Assembly: GCF_009914755.1 (NCBI RefSeq)
Contig: NC_060931.1
DNA: 64,000 bases
Source of the DNA: the human T2T-CHM13v2.0 reference genome, Homo sapiens
Reading direction: 5' to 3' (one strand)
In this document: in pieces, positions 28,032-40,694 of the stretch
Layout of the letters: every line of letters starts with the position of its first letter
Numbering within the stretch: position 1 is the first letter of the stretch
Notes under the pieces: generated by a model
Database searches by the model: none
Told to the model about the DNA's origin: nothing
Seen by the model: the letters and a program-made list of their open reading frames with translations, nothing else
Made by a program: the position numbers and the translations under genes

Positions 28032-30482
28032 CCTTTGTTTTTGCAAAAATTTCTAATTTTTTTTCTTTATTTGTTGTTAGAATTTAGTCTGTCAAACCCG
28101 TTTATTGTTTCTCATGACTCTTGGCTCTCAAAATGTAAGTATTCTAATAATTAGAAATGCCCTATAATGAGAACTATTGTCTCAGGGAGTAAGGATGCAA
28201 CAGCTACTCTAACTTTGATTGAGTTGGATAAAATAATGACAAGAATCTTATCAAAGCTTCTGATTCTGTGATTCTAAGAAGAGTTATATACTGAAATATA
28301 AACCCATAAAATGTTTCCATTTCTCAACAAATTGTCTGTCCTTTGGAGGGTGGAGTGTGGGTCATATAATTTTGAATTTGTATTCAGACTGTTTAGTCTT
28401 TGATAACTTTTTTCCTCTGGGGTTGAACATAGGTTATTAGATTAATTTCTATTCTGTACACTCATGAGTCTTCAAACAACACTGAATTTGACCCAGTTTA
28501 ATCACAGCTTTTTGGCACACCTTTGAAAAAAGAATATTGAGGATGGAATATTGTTTGAGTATTTGAGCATAGTATTTTTCTCACCTAGCTAATCTTATTT
28601 AATTGACTTGTCTCCTTTTCAGAACTGTAAGGCTTAGTATACTATAAAATACTTAAATAATATTTCAAAATTATTTGCAAATTGTCCACTTATGACCATT
28701 GCCTCAGAAACGGGTTAATTAAAGAAAAATCACAAAGCAGAGTAGCAAGATGTGACAAGTCATACTTTGCTCTCTAAAAGTGAAAAATAACAGTTAGTCC
28801 ACAGCCACAGAGAAATCTTTCTACTGCTCATTTAGGTTACCTAACCTCATCTCCTGTTGGGAAACCAAATGTGAGTTCAATTTTGAGAAGGATTTCAGAC
28901 GGACACTTTCCTACATGGACTGGGGATTCCACTGAAATTTTTGTAAAAATACATAAGAGAAAAATAAAATGGATCCCAAATGGTGAACAGGAATATGGGT
29001 AGAAGTGTGAGTCCATGTGCCTGCCTATAAATCTACCTCCAGGACTTCAACAGCTAAAGTTTAACCTTTATCTCTCAGCTTGCTTGAAGCGAGAAATTTT
29101 TTTTTTCTCTGTTCCTAAATGCTCCCAGAAAAGATTGTGCCATCCTTGTTTTTGTCCTAAAATGCTGGTGTGCCGCTGCAGAATATTCCTCCAACAGCAA
29201 AGTCACTTTTTGTGCAGAGTGTTAAGTAATGGGTGCACGATGCAGACATACTGTGCACACACAGCTGCACGCACACAGTGCAGGTCTTTCGAAGGGAGAG
29301 AAAGACAAAATTATGATTTGGATTCTGTATCTCCTTTTGTCATTATTTTCCAATTTTTAGTTTTGTAGCTTATGTGCTAAGTTCTGTTTTGTTAAATATA
29401 TTTTTCCTACCCCAATGTACATTCACATTTATTTTCTCTCTACAGCTTATTGCAAAGTCAACTACAGTGAAGATGGAATTATCTTGTCAGAAATTGTAAC
29501 ATTAAATTACTCTAGGGGAGCATGCAGGTGCAAAACATGTTGTTTTTCAATGCAAATTCTGGGATTCTAGTCCAAACACAACCTCGTTGCATGTCTATCC
29601 CACAGACTAAAAATAAAACTGATTTAAGATTGTGTATGTGTGTGTGTGTGTGCACATTTAAATTCAACTCAGTTAAAGGCATGCTTCTAGATAAGAATAG
29701 AAAATTCTATAATTTTAAGTGTCCTACATCTTGATGATTTATACTCTAACCCTTCCCCAGAGTACATTTAATGTTAGTAAAAATATATATTTTCTAAAAT
29801 CAGGATATGAGACAACCAATTATGTTTAACAATAAAAAATCTGATAACGGAAAGTAGGTTATTTTCTTGGAACACCATGATTTCTTTTTTAGAGTTTCTC
29901 TGACAGATAAAAGTTCTTATGCTTCTAAAATCTTTAAAACATAATGCAAATATATTTATACTCATTGTTATAAATCTCATTTTATTAAAAATGTTGGGAT
30001 ATCTGACAGAGGCCACTACATACTTACCTTTATCTGACATAAGAATACTCAGTATGAATTATATAAAACCTGTCCTGAGAAACCCAAGATTTAGAAAAAT
30101 TTTAGCATTATATCTATCTGGATATAATTCCACATTGTAGAACAATATAGATACTTGATCGAGTTGGCAAGTATTTAATCCTGGTATAAACTGCAATGTC
30201 ACTTGCTACAAGCAGAGACTTTAGCCTGAAGTTAAATGAGGAAACTTGAGGTAAGGATTTTCTTTCCCCTCATGGGATATTTTCATATTTTTCCTAAAGG
30301 CACAGTGAAGGTAAAACGAGAGAGAAAAGTAGTTGACTTTTCACAATTCTAAATGATGAGTAGCAAAAGGAAAGTAGAATTTAGGAAAGTGAATCCCACA
30401 GAAGTAAAGTTATAAATGGGGAGTGTGTATTTATATATCTGTATATCTGGCTTTGGGAAAGGGATATACTATTTAATTGCTA

Positions 30483-30860
<378 letters not shown>

Positions 30861-32339
30861 CTAATCAGAAAAACAAACTAAAACAATTCATAACTGCGAT
30901 ACAAAAAATTATTTGCAACAAAAATAAAGCTCAATATATTTTGCTATCTCACAATTAAAATAAATAGCTTTGTTCACTGAAAGAACCTCAGAGACAGTGA
31001 AACAAAGGAATTAAGAGGTATGAGGAAAAAATAAGAGTAAGGTGACGCCAGAGGAGTGATAAGCAAGAGATCACGTGGCTGGCATGCCTGCTGTGGTTCT
31101 AACAGAATATTTTCATGGTCCTACTTCATGTTCAGATTTTAGGTTTGTATGAGTTTGCGACATCAAAATTAAAGTTAAAAAAAAAAAAGCAAACCAACCA
31201 TATTTCAGTAACAAGAGTGTGGCATGCAAAGGGAATTTTTACTATTTCCATGTTGTGTTCCTGAAGTTACTAATACAAGATAGAAATACAAGGAAATAAA
31301 TTGAACCAATAGGGTTAAGTTATAATTCTGTTAATGCTAATGAGGATGTAAAGTGAACACTAAATATGAGAACAAAAAAATTACTCAGAAGATAGCATAA
31401 AGAAATAAAGATATAAAAAAATGAATGAAATACAAGAGAAATGGGGAACAGAATGAGAAGCTCTGACATATATTTAATGGGAAGTCTGGAAATTAAGTAG
31501 AGAGAGACAAAATTCAAAGAGAAAAAAAGGGTAAATTTTTTTCAAACTTGATAAACGGCATGATCATCAAGTTCAGGAAATACACCAAATGCCTAAACTG
31601 GATAAATAAAAGGAACTCTCAGAGAAAAGACGTAAGATTGGAAAACAAAGAAAAAAAATCTTATACGTAAACAAAAAGACAAGGTGGACAGGCTTCAAAA
31701 GTTAAACAAACAGCAGTATTAAAAGCAAGTTAAGCATAGGTCTCACCAGCAAACAGCCAAGTAAATGCCAGAGGAATACTACCAAGTCATTTCGAAAGAA
31801 TGGCTAATTACTGAGGATTCTCCATCATCTGCTCACTAATTCTCTTTCATGAGGTAGGTCAAATTAAAGGTAATATTCAGGTAAACAACTACTCAGACAT
31901 TTTTCTTCCAATAGACAAGTAATTGTTATTGAAAGAACTGTGAAATATATAATTTAAAAGGAAGAAATTTGCTTAAAGAAAGAAAAAAAGAGGCTGTCAG
32001 AAGCAATGCCAAGTAAATAAGTTAGAATATCTACAAAATTTCCCCTGTTCTACCACAAAACTGTCCCTGAGACCAGAAAGGAAGAAACAAATTGTCATTT
32101 GAAGGCTTTATAAATATTCCTTTTCTTTAGATCTACAAATAATAATTGAAACTAATAAAAGAAATTTAGGACTACTTGTTCTATAAAAATAATTGTCTCA
32201 ATTCATTAGCAACAATTAATTAAAATACTTTTTAAATAAATTGCATTCATGTATCAATAAAGTACATAAGATGCCTGGGAATAAAACTTAAAAATACATG
32301 AAGATAGAAAAACAGTTATGACTTTATAGGATTGAGTTA

Positions 32340-32620
32340 AAAATATAGGATTAATATTAAATATTTAAAATATTAAAAATATTTCAAATTTTTCATTTTA
32401 TTTTAATATTAAAACAATATTTTATTATTAATATTAACTAATATTATTAATAATTATATAATATGTAATATAATAAATATTTAATACTAATAATATTAAA
32501 ACTTAATATTTAATATTAAAACTTTAATATTTTTAATATTAAAATATTTAAATTTTATTTTAATATTAAAAATATTAAAATATTTTAAAAATACAGGATT
32601 ATATTAAAAAATATAGGATT
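32340..32620. repeat. Nearly pure-AT low-complexity array of AATATT/TTAATATTAA palindromic units
   Basis: About 240-bp core with very few G/C, flanked by AAAATA(T/C)AGGATT repeats. Confidence 0.9.
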
Positions 32621-33502
32621 GAATTTTTTTTAAAAGTGAATTGAAGTAACTTACTCATTTATGGGAACAATAAATGTAGTTAAAATGGTGATTCCTACAG
32701 AGCATTCTATAAAAGCAATCTAATTCTGGAGAAAAAACTAAAACTTTGCTTTTGTGAAACTTGACAACTCATGTATTTTTCTATCATTGTCCAATAACAA
32801 TTATAGGGATTATAGCACTAGAGCCAAATTTGACATTGAAGTATATTTATAATTCTTTACAAATTTCCAAATTCTATTTTTAAATGATCTTTTAGAGTTG
32901 ACTATCAATTTTAATATAATTAAATTTCATAATCATAATTAAATTTCATACTATAATCAATTTAATAACATAATGAATATAAATTAAACCAAAAAAAATC
33001 ATATGAACAAAAAATAGTGTAAAATCTGGCAATAATAGAAGTTTATAAAGATAATGGCAAGTGAAAACTCTCATACACTATATTAGGGAATGTAAATTGA
33101 CACATCTACTTTGGTGAAAACTTTGCATTATCAAGGAGGTTGAAAATGCGGATACTCAACCATCCAGGAATTTCCCCTCTAAATACACACTATATGGAAA
33201 TATTCATACTCGTGATGAGGACACATACCTAACATTTCAGTGCAGTATAAACACAGCACATTGTAAACACAATGTAAAAGCCCCAGATATTTATTAAAAA
33301 GAGGATATAGCTGTAAACTGTCTAAAGGTATATAATGTAAAGGTGTAAGAAAATTACGTGAACCTAATTTCCATCTATCAATAATGGTAAATCCAAAGAA
33401 AATAATACCTTGGGCAAACTTCCCCCAGACAGATTTCCAAATATTACATTTACGTGAAGATTTTTTGCACTCAAGAAAATCACTATTTTTTATGAATGTG
33501 TG

Positions 33503-33505
<3 letters not shown>

Positions 33506-33540
<35 letters not shown>
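33506..33540. repeat. (TG)17 microsatellite
   Basis: Direct reading. Confidence 0.95.
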
Positions 33541-33544
<4 letters not shown>

Positions 33545-34335
33545 GAAAGGGGAGGATTTTTACCCAATCTCAGTAAAATGATTCCAAAAATGAGGAATGA
33601 GTTTGGTGAGGGTACAAAGGATTCACTAACATCAATGGTACTGCAACATTTTATAACATTTTAACATTACTTTTTAAAAATAAAAGTTATGGAAGAAAGT
33701 TAATATTTACTGAATATATTCTGTATATTTAAGATATGACATAAAAGTTTTATATATACACTAACATTGCACATATGTTGCTTTTTCTACTTCAAACAAG
33801 TTTACATATTCCCTTCTTGCTTTTAATATTTATTGTAAACTTGTTCCATATATTTATTCAGAATGTTATTCTAAGCTTATGTCTTTTCTAAATTTGGCAA
33901 AACAGTACATTCTTTTTGAAAATTATGGTGATGTTTTATTGTAATACTATTACTTGATACAATAAGAAATTGGAAATCTTCTTTTGTTATCAATATGTAC
34001 CCCTCCCACAAATTTACTGATCCATGTGGAAAAAACATTTGAGAACCATTGGTGGAAAGCATATTAATAACAGCCATGAGGAAGTACAATAGTCAGGGCT
34101 ACTAACAGGGAGTGAGTGTCGGGGAAAAACTGGAAAATTAAAATCTGTAAATTTTTAATGCCACCATTCAGTAAGTGAAATATGAATGATGACCATTAGC
34201 CACAGGAAAAAACAAACTAACTAACGTTTAGGTTTTCTAGTGAATTTTACATGTCAAGTGTTACTGACTTTCATAAATTGCATACCTTGTACTTGCAATA
34301 TTTAACATGTGACTGTATTTAATATGTGAAGATGA

Positions 34336-34563
<228 letters not shown>

Positions 34564-34696
34564 TAATTTAATTCTTCTTCACCTAACTCAGAATATTACT
34601 GTTTCGTGTCCCGTTGTTTCTGTAACATACTGTTTTGATGCTCAACGTTCTGTTACTTCAAATATTATGAGGATTTCCTTCATTTGCTTGTTTAAT

Positions 34697-34750
34697 CTTT
34701 TCTCCTCTTCCTCCTTTTCTTCCTCCTCTTCTTCCTTCTCCTTCTTCCTT
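34697..34750. repeat. Polypyrimidine (TCC/TTC) tract
   Basis: tcttttctcctcttcctccttttcttcctcctcttcttccttctccttcttcctt. Confidence 0.85.
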
Positions 34751-34776
34751 ACTGATAGATGATGATGATAAATTAT

Positions 34777-34822
<46 letters not shown>
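34777..34822. repeat. (ATAG)11 tetranucleotide STR
   Basis: Perfect GATA-type repeat. Confidence 0.95.
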
Positions 34823-37696
34823 CTGTAAATATAATCACTTCTTTCAATGCTAGAGACATTACCTGCCTCAACAAAATCATCTAAACTTTCATCTACTTTC
34901 TTCATGTTACCTAAGTATCGGGCCCTATTACAAACTAAAGTTGCCAGTTTATTCCAAATTTACCAACATAGGAGTGGTCTTTGAACAAGAAGGGATCAAG
35001 AATGGAAACAAATAATGATATATAATTCTGCACAGTAAAATACAAAGAGAACGAAAACTATTGAACCAGTAGTCAAAGGCAGAAAATGGTATCATAAACA
35101 GAGCAGAAGTAAGCCATCAGTTACAAATTTTCCCAGCTCTAACTCTCTGCCCCAAATATTTAGACTTAATACATATCTTTGCAGGTTGGAAGGATAAGAA
35201 TCAGACCAGATGGTTTACAACAGTGAGAAAATATGTTTAACTGTCTGGTTTTGCCCTGTAGCCCACAGTAAAGTACTACTGAAAATAAGACCCTAACTTA
35301 ACTTATAACTTGAAAACATGGTGAAAGTATTTTTTCTCTCAATGTGAAAGACAGTGGGGTACCGAAAACACCCAGAGACCCTCCTCTTTTATAGTTAAAT
35401 TTGCTCACTGTGGAGCAGCATCTAGACCTGCTATGCTGACCGGATCACCTGTATAGACAGACGAGTTTCAACCATTTGGTCTGTGATGGCTCTGCCTGAG
35501 TACGGGTTGGACACACATTTCTGACATTTAGAAACGTAGAATGACAATGCAAGGCTTACCAAAGTGAGAAGGAGCTGAAATGTCTGTGGCCCTGTGTGTG
35601 GAAAGTGAAAGCTCTTTTTACACAACTGGACCACAGGATTCACTAAAGACAGAGCCTTCATGTGCTCAATATGGACAGGGAGGAAGTCATAGCTTCCAAC
35701 TCCAAGCTTTCCCTTTTACCAGTTTCAATGCAATTGGTTATGCCCTCTCATCACATCACCCACAGTGTGCAGAAGGTAAAATAGCAGGCATGTGGCAGCA
35801 TTTAGAAGTTACCAAGGAAGTAAAATACAACATCAGTGAAAAGGCGTCATCATAGGCTAAGCTTTTTAAGGATTATGTGAGATATGTGCATGGAATATTC
35901 AGTAAGGACCTGGGTCACAATATGTGTGAATCTCCCTGAGTCAGACGTGTGTCTCAGAAAAAATGGATCCTTGTCTCACTTAACATTTAAACCCTCTGTA
36001 ATTATTTCAGAGGAGGACAGCTCTTGCATGTATTTGGGGGATATTCTAATTCTCCCAGTCCAGTGGTTTTTGGCTACTTCATTTAAATTCCCATTCTGTG
36101 AGCACTTCAGAAAGAGCTATGTCAGCAATGGAGTCTCTGCCAATTTTGCTTTTCTTGACCCTGGAGTTCTCCACTCTTCTCACCATACCCTTGTCAGTCT
36201 TGGATTGCTTTCCTTCACTGCTTTTTCTGTATAATCTTTTTGATGGCCACATCTGGTTAGGAAGGCCACAACTAGTCTACTTATCTGTTTCTCTACAAAT
36301 TAATGGCAGATATGGGCTTTTCCTGATTCTTCTCAAATTTATTCATCTCTTAAAACAATCCCAATAAATGCCCACTTTCCCAGCTTTCCACCTAGTTTGG
36401 GTTGTGTTCCCGATATTTTAATGTTTGATGAAATGTTATTTACACTGAAATAACTGGATTAGATTTTGGATCTCTATTTTGAACTGTTAGCTTCCAACAT
36501 GGTGTCATCTAGTGGCATGTGTGACTCAAGTGCATTGAACAGGGTTCTCACAATTGATACCTGTCCAAATTGTAAAGGAAATCAGTGATATCCTGTATTT
36601 CTTTGCCAATCTTTACCAACGCTATGTAAGTAATGACTAGCAAGCAAGACACATGATGAATAAAAGTGGACCCAGCACGAGCAGTGAGGGGAGGGGACGG
36701 GTCGCTCTTATGGTTTGGGATGGCCATGGCAGTAGTATAAGATGCTGTTGCCCTAGGGGATACTTGAAATACCAGTCAGCTTCGATGTGACCTATCAAGG
36801 CTGGCAAGATGCCTGAAACTACCAGGGGATCTATGGGAATTACAGGTTAGGTGTGTATAAGTATTTGATATAGAGGCTATCACACATATAGAGTAGACTG
36901 GAAGCTCTTGCTACAGGGATTTTGCCATTTATCGTATTGTATAAATTTGAAACTTTTCATTTTCTTATTTGATAATATTCTTTTATTTTGCAATCAACTA
37001 TTTCAGTGACAATAAATCACATAAAAAGAAAGTTAACATTTAATTAAAAGTTGAGTTCCAAATTTTAATTTTCTACAGAAATTTCCCAATAAAAGTAGTA
37101 TTTGCACAAAGATTGTTGATATATGCAATCAGTTAGAAAAGAAATCTGTACAAGAATCATTAGTATCTACTGAATATCAGAAATTGTTTTGGATGTAATG
37201 ATAATGAATTAAGCTGAGCGATTGCAGCGGGTGCCTTTACACACCACTAGGAAGAATGACATTTTATTTAGATCAAATATTTTTCCAAAATAATTTTACT
37301 CATTTTAATGTGTTTAACTAAAATACAGGTGAGTATTTTAGTGCAAAGGCACTATTAGCAAATAAAAACTCCAACAATAATCAGTGCTACCTGTTTTACA
37401 CTAGTTCCAATTGATGTTTCAAATAGAAAATCAGTGAAGTGAGTTCCAATAGTAATGGGTTCCATTTTTCACCAAATTCATAGAATAGAAGTTCACTCTA
37501 TAAAATACAAAATATCTGACATTATACTGAATGTTTCTGTAAATTCAGTCACAAGTTAAAGGTAAAATTATTTTTTTGTGGTGGCAACACAAATACAAAT
37601 TTTCATGTAGCATAGCTTTATAATAATTTTAAGAAAACTATGGAGTAGAAATGCACTTTGAATTTGTTAGGGTGCAGGTAGTTAATTAACAGATAC

Positions 37697-38110
37697 TGTG
37701 TTGTACAATCAGATCAGGACTGAAATATTTATTTCTTCTGGGAGTATTGGCTACCAATGGCGTGTAGCTGAGTTCCTTCCCCAAAATTTATCTGGCCAAA
37801 GATAGCTGCCTTAGCCAAAGTTGTGACACCCTTGCTGGAAGCAGCTGAACTTTAATAACTGATAACTGTGGGAATAAAAGGTCCCAGTTCCCTTGTCTCA
37901 AGAGGACAAGTAATAAGGGTTATCACACTCTTAAAATCCTACATGTGGTTGACTGAGGCTTCTGTTGCAACTACATCAAAGCCCAACTTCCACTTCTAAC
38001 AAAGCCTCTTCTCTTTACTTATTTATCGATATTTTTAGCAAAATTCTCAATAAACATCTGCACTCAAATCTCTCTATTGGTATCTGTTTCTGGCAATTCA
38101 GACTTTATAA
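37697..38110 (+). mobile_element. LTR16-like ERVL LTR
   Basis: agctgccttagccaaagttgtgacaccc...aataaacatctgcactcaaatctc..tctgtttctgg, typical of LTR16. Confidence 0.65.
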
Positions 38111-38995
38111 TAAAAGGGGTTCCAGGAAACAAATACTTACATGGAATATTGGAGCTGTATCACAGACCAGATAATTCACAGTGACAACCCCATTACTGGT
38201 GGGAGCAGATAGCCCTTGGCATGTTACAGAAGTTCACTGTGGTGAATTCATATGGAATGAAGGTGAAGGGAAATGCACTCATATCTCATGCATTTCAAAG
38301 GTTCTGGGTTGTAGTGATTATAAGGACTATTAAACTGGTATTTCTTTGGGGCTATAGAAATACAGGAAAAAACAACTATGAAAAGCTGAGGCTAATAAAT
38401 CACAAACTAAAAAATAAATGCGAAAGCCAGTGAGTTTTTAAGAGGATATAAAATCTTTCTGCAACATTCAGAAGAAAATAAAGAAGGAATCCAGGAGGTA
38501 ATTTAATGTTTGTGATGCTCTAGAGAAATCAGCATTCTCAAAACAAGATGGTCTGCTATACTCCTGTCGGGACCATGACTGGGAGGCAGTGGAACACTGA
38601 GACTTGTGATAGAATATCTGGAATGACACACTTGAGAAGTCCTGAATCTTCAGATTCTGCTGAACTCTCTGGGCTTGAGGGAGCCATCTGCACCTCCCTG
38701 TCAATGGCTAGTGCAGTTTCCTTGACATAGAAGTAGATGCACCCTGCCTTGTTACAACTCACAAGCCCCTGAGGTCTATACATTTCCATCCAACATGCAG
38801 AATAATGACTAATGTGAAGTCAGACCATGGTCCTGGAGTGAATGTTCTAGGTTTGCCAAAGACGAAGGGGCCTATGTTCTGCAGAAGCTTCAGGACATAT
38901 CCAATAAGTATTGGCAGTGGCAGGGGAAGTAGTTTTGAGATTGTATCTTGAGAGTGCTGGATCAAGTGGGAATAAAAACATTAAGTTGGAGAGTT
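38111..38995 (+). mobile_element. ERVL internal relic (ERV3-16A3_I-like) following LTR16
   Basis: Directly adjoins the LTR. Motifs gggttccaggaaac and agagtgctggatcaagtggga. Recalled similarity only. Confidence 0.5.
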
Positions 38996-38999
38996 TAGG

Positions 39000-40465
39000 G
39001 AGTGATATCAGCAACATGGCAAAATAGCAGGTCCCAAATTCCTCCCATGCACACAGACAAAAATATTTAGGAATTATCCATGGATAAAAAATAGCTCTGA
39101 GGGAGCTCCAAAGTATAATTAAGATGGTGTAGCAGCTCAGTGAAACACAATAAAACAAAAATGGCTGTATGGAAAAGGGTGAGAAGCATTTTATCTGCAT
39201 GGCTGCATTCCCCAGGCTGGCAAACTTCAGTGCCAGAAAGAATCCCCTAAGCCACAAGTTTCCTTGTGGGCGGAAAAGGAGAGTAGGAAGACAGCAGCAG
39301 CATTTGCTACCAAGAACTACAGCAGCCTTTGCTGCCACCACAAACCCACACAAGCTTTGCCACCAAGGATGCCTGCAGTCTTTGCCAAAACAAACTCCAG
39401 CTGCTAGAGTTGCTCAGAGCCCATGCTGCAGCACCTCCCTGGAGCCAGAGCTACCTTGCATCCACCAGATTCAATATCAACGTACCTCCTTGGACAAGGA
39501 ATTTTTCACACTTATGTCATCTGGATCAGGCACCATCATGCATCCTGGAACCAGCATTCCTGCACATTACCAGACTCAGTTCCACTATACACACCAGACA
39601 GCCTTTGCCCTCACACACACTCATCAATAAAGGTCTTTTCCTAGAAAAGCCAGACTAAAGTTTGGAAGAGGTGATTGCTTCTTCAAATGTGTAGACAGTA
39701 ATACAAGGTTACAAGAAACACAAAATAACAGAAAAACGGTGCAATCAAAAGGCCAAAATAAACTTCCAGTAACTGACCTCAAATAAATAGAAATATGTAA
39801 ATTGCCTAATAAATAATTCAATAGAATTATTTGTAAAATGCTCATAAGATACAAGAAAACACAAGTAGATAAATCAATGAAATCAGGAAAACAATAAATG
39901 AACAAGAGAAGAAGTGCAACAAAGAAATAGACATCATAAAAATTCTGAAGCTAAAGAAAACAGTGACTGAAATAAAAAATGCAATAGAATTACATCATAC
40001 TTGATCAAGAAGAATCAGTGAACCTGAAGCCAAATTATTTGAAATATCTAGAGGATAGAAAATAAAAAAAATATATATAAAAGGAAAGAACACCCATGAG
40101 ATTTATAGGACACCATTAATCAAACTGATCTACACATTATGGGACTTACAGAAGAAGGAGAAAGAGAGTAAAAGGTAAAGAATGCTTATTTAAGGATGAC
40201 ACATTGAGTATAGTGTACACTGCTCGGGTGATAGGTGCACTGATAACTCCGAAATCACCACTAAATAACTTATCCATGTAACAAACACCACCTGTTCTTA
40301 AAAAACCTATTGAAATAAAAAAAGGAAAAAAATTGAAAAAATAAAGAAATAATGACAGAAAACATCCTAAATCTTGGGAAGAAAACAGATATCAAATTTA
40401 AGAAGCCTGAAGATTCCCAGTTAGTTTGGACATAAAGAGGTCTACACTGAGACACATTATAATAT
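39000..40465 (+). mobile_element. Old L1M 5' end: 5' UTR and ORF1 relic
   Basis: Begins gatatcagcaacatggcaaaatag. ORF1-type aaagaaatagacatcataaaa, gaagaatcagtgaacctgaag and acactgagacacattataat. Confidence 0.75.
40198..40342 (+). mobile_element. Short L1PB 3'-end insertion inside L1M ORF1
   Basis: gtgtacactgctcgggtgat.ggtgcac...aaatcaccactaaa.aacttatccatgtaac...cctattgaaataaaa plus an A tail. Confidence 0.85.
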
Positions 40466-40694
40466 GTTGTCTCACCTTTTTGAAAAAAAATTAAGAAAAA
40501 AAAAATTTAAATAGCTATTTTAAAGGGCTACCAACATAATAACATTGTCTTCCACATGCATCAGTAACTTAAAAAGTCATGTAACTTGTATTGTAACCAT
40601 TAAACTTAACATGGTCATCTTTTCTTCATCTTGTGTTCACAGTAGTGGCAGCAATTTTCCCTCCTTTTACCAGGCCTTGACCTCGTGCCCTTGC

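Larger units (their letters stand above)
31330..33700 (+). mobile_element. Degraded L1ME fragments
   Basis: A-rich, with motifs gggaatgtaaattgacacatctactttggtgaaaactttgcatta and acatatatttaatgggaagtctggaa. Boundaries approximate. Confidence 0.55.

Noticed and set aside
34642-34905. ORF with a poly-Glu/Lys tract
   Set aside because: It is a translation of simple repeats.
36654-36820. C/D-box snoRNA-like ATGATGA...CTGA
   Set aside because: No terminal stem, spacing too long and no guide complementarity recognised.
38847-39658. Overlapping 109-168 aa ORFs
   Set aside because: They lie in the GC-richer L1M 5' UTR and are open on several frames and both strands, which fits chance.
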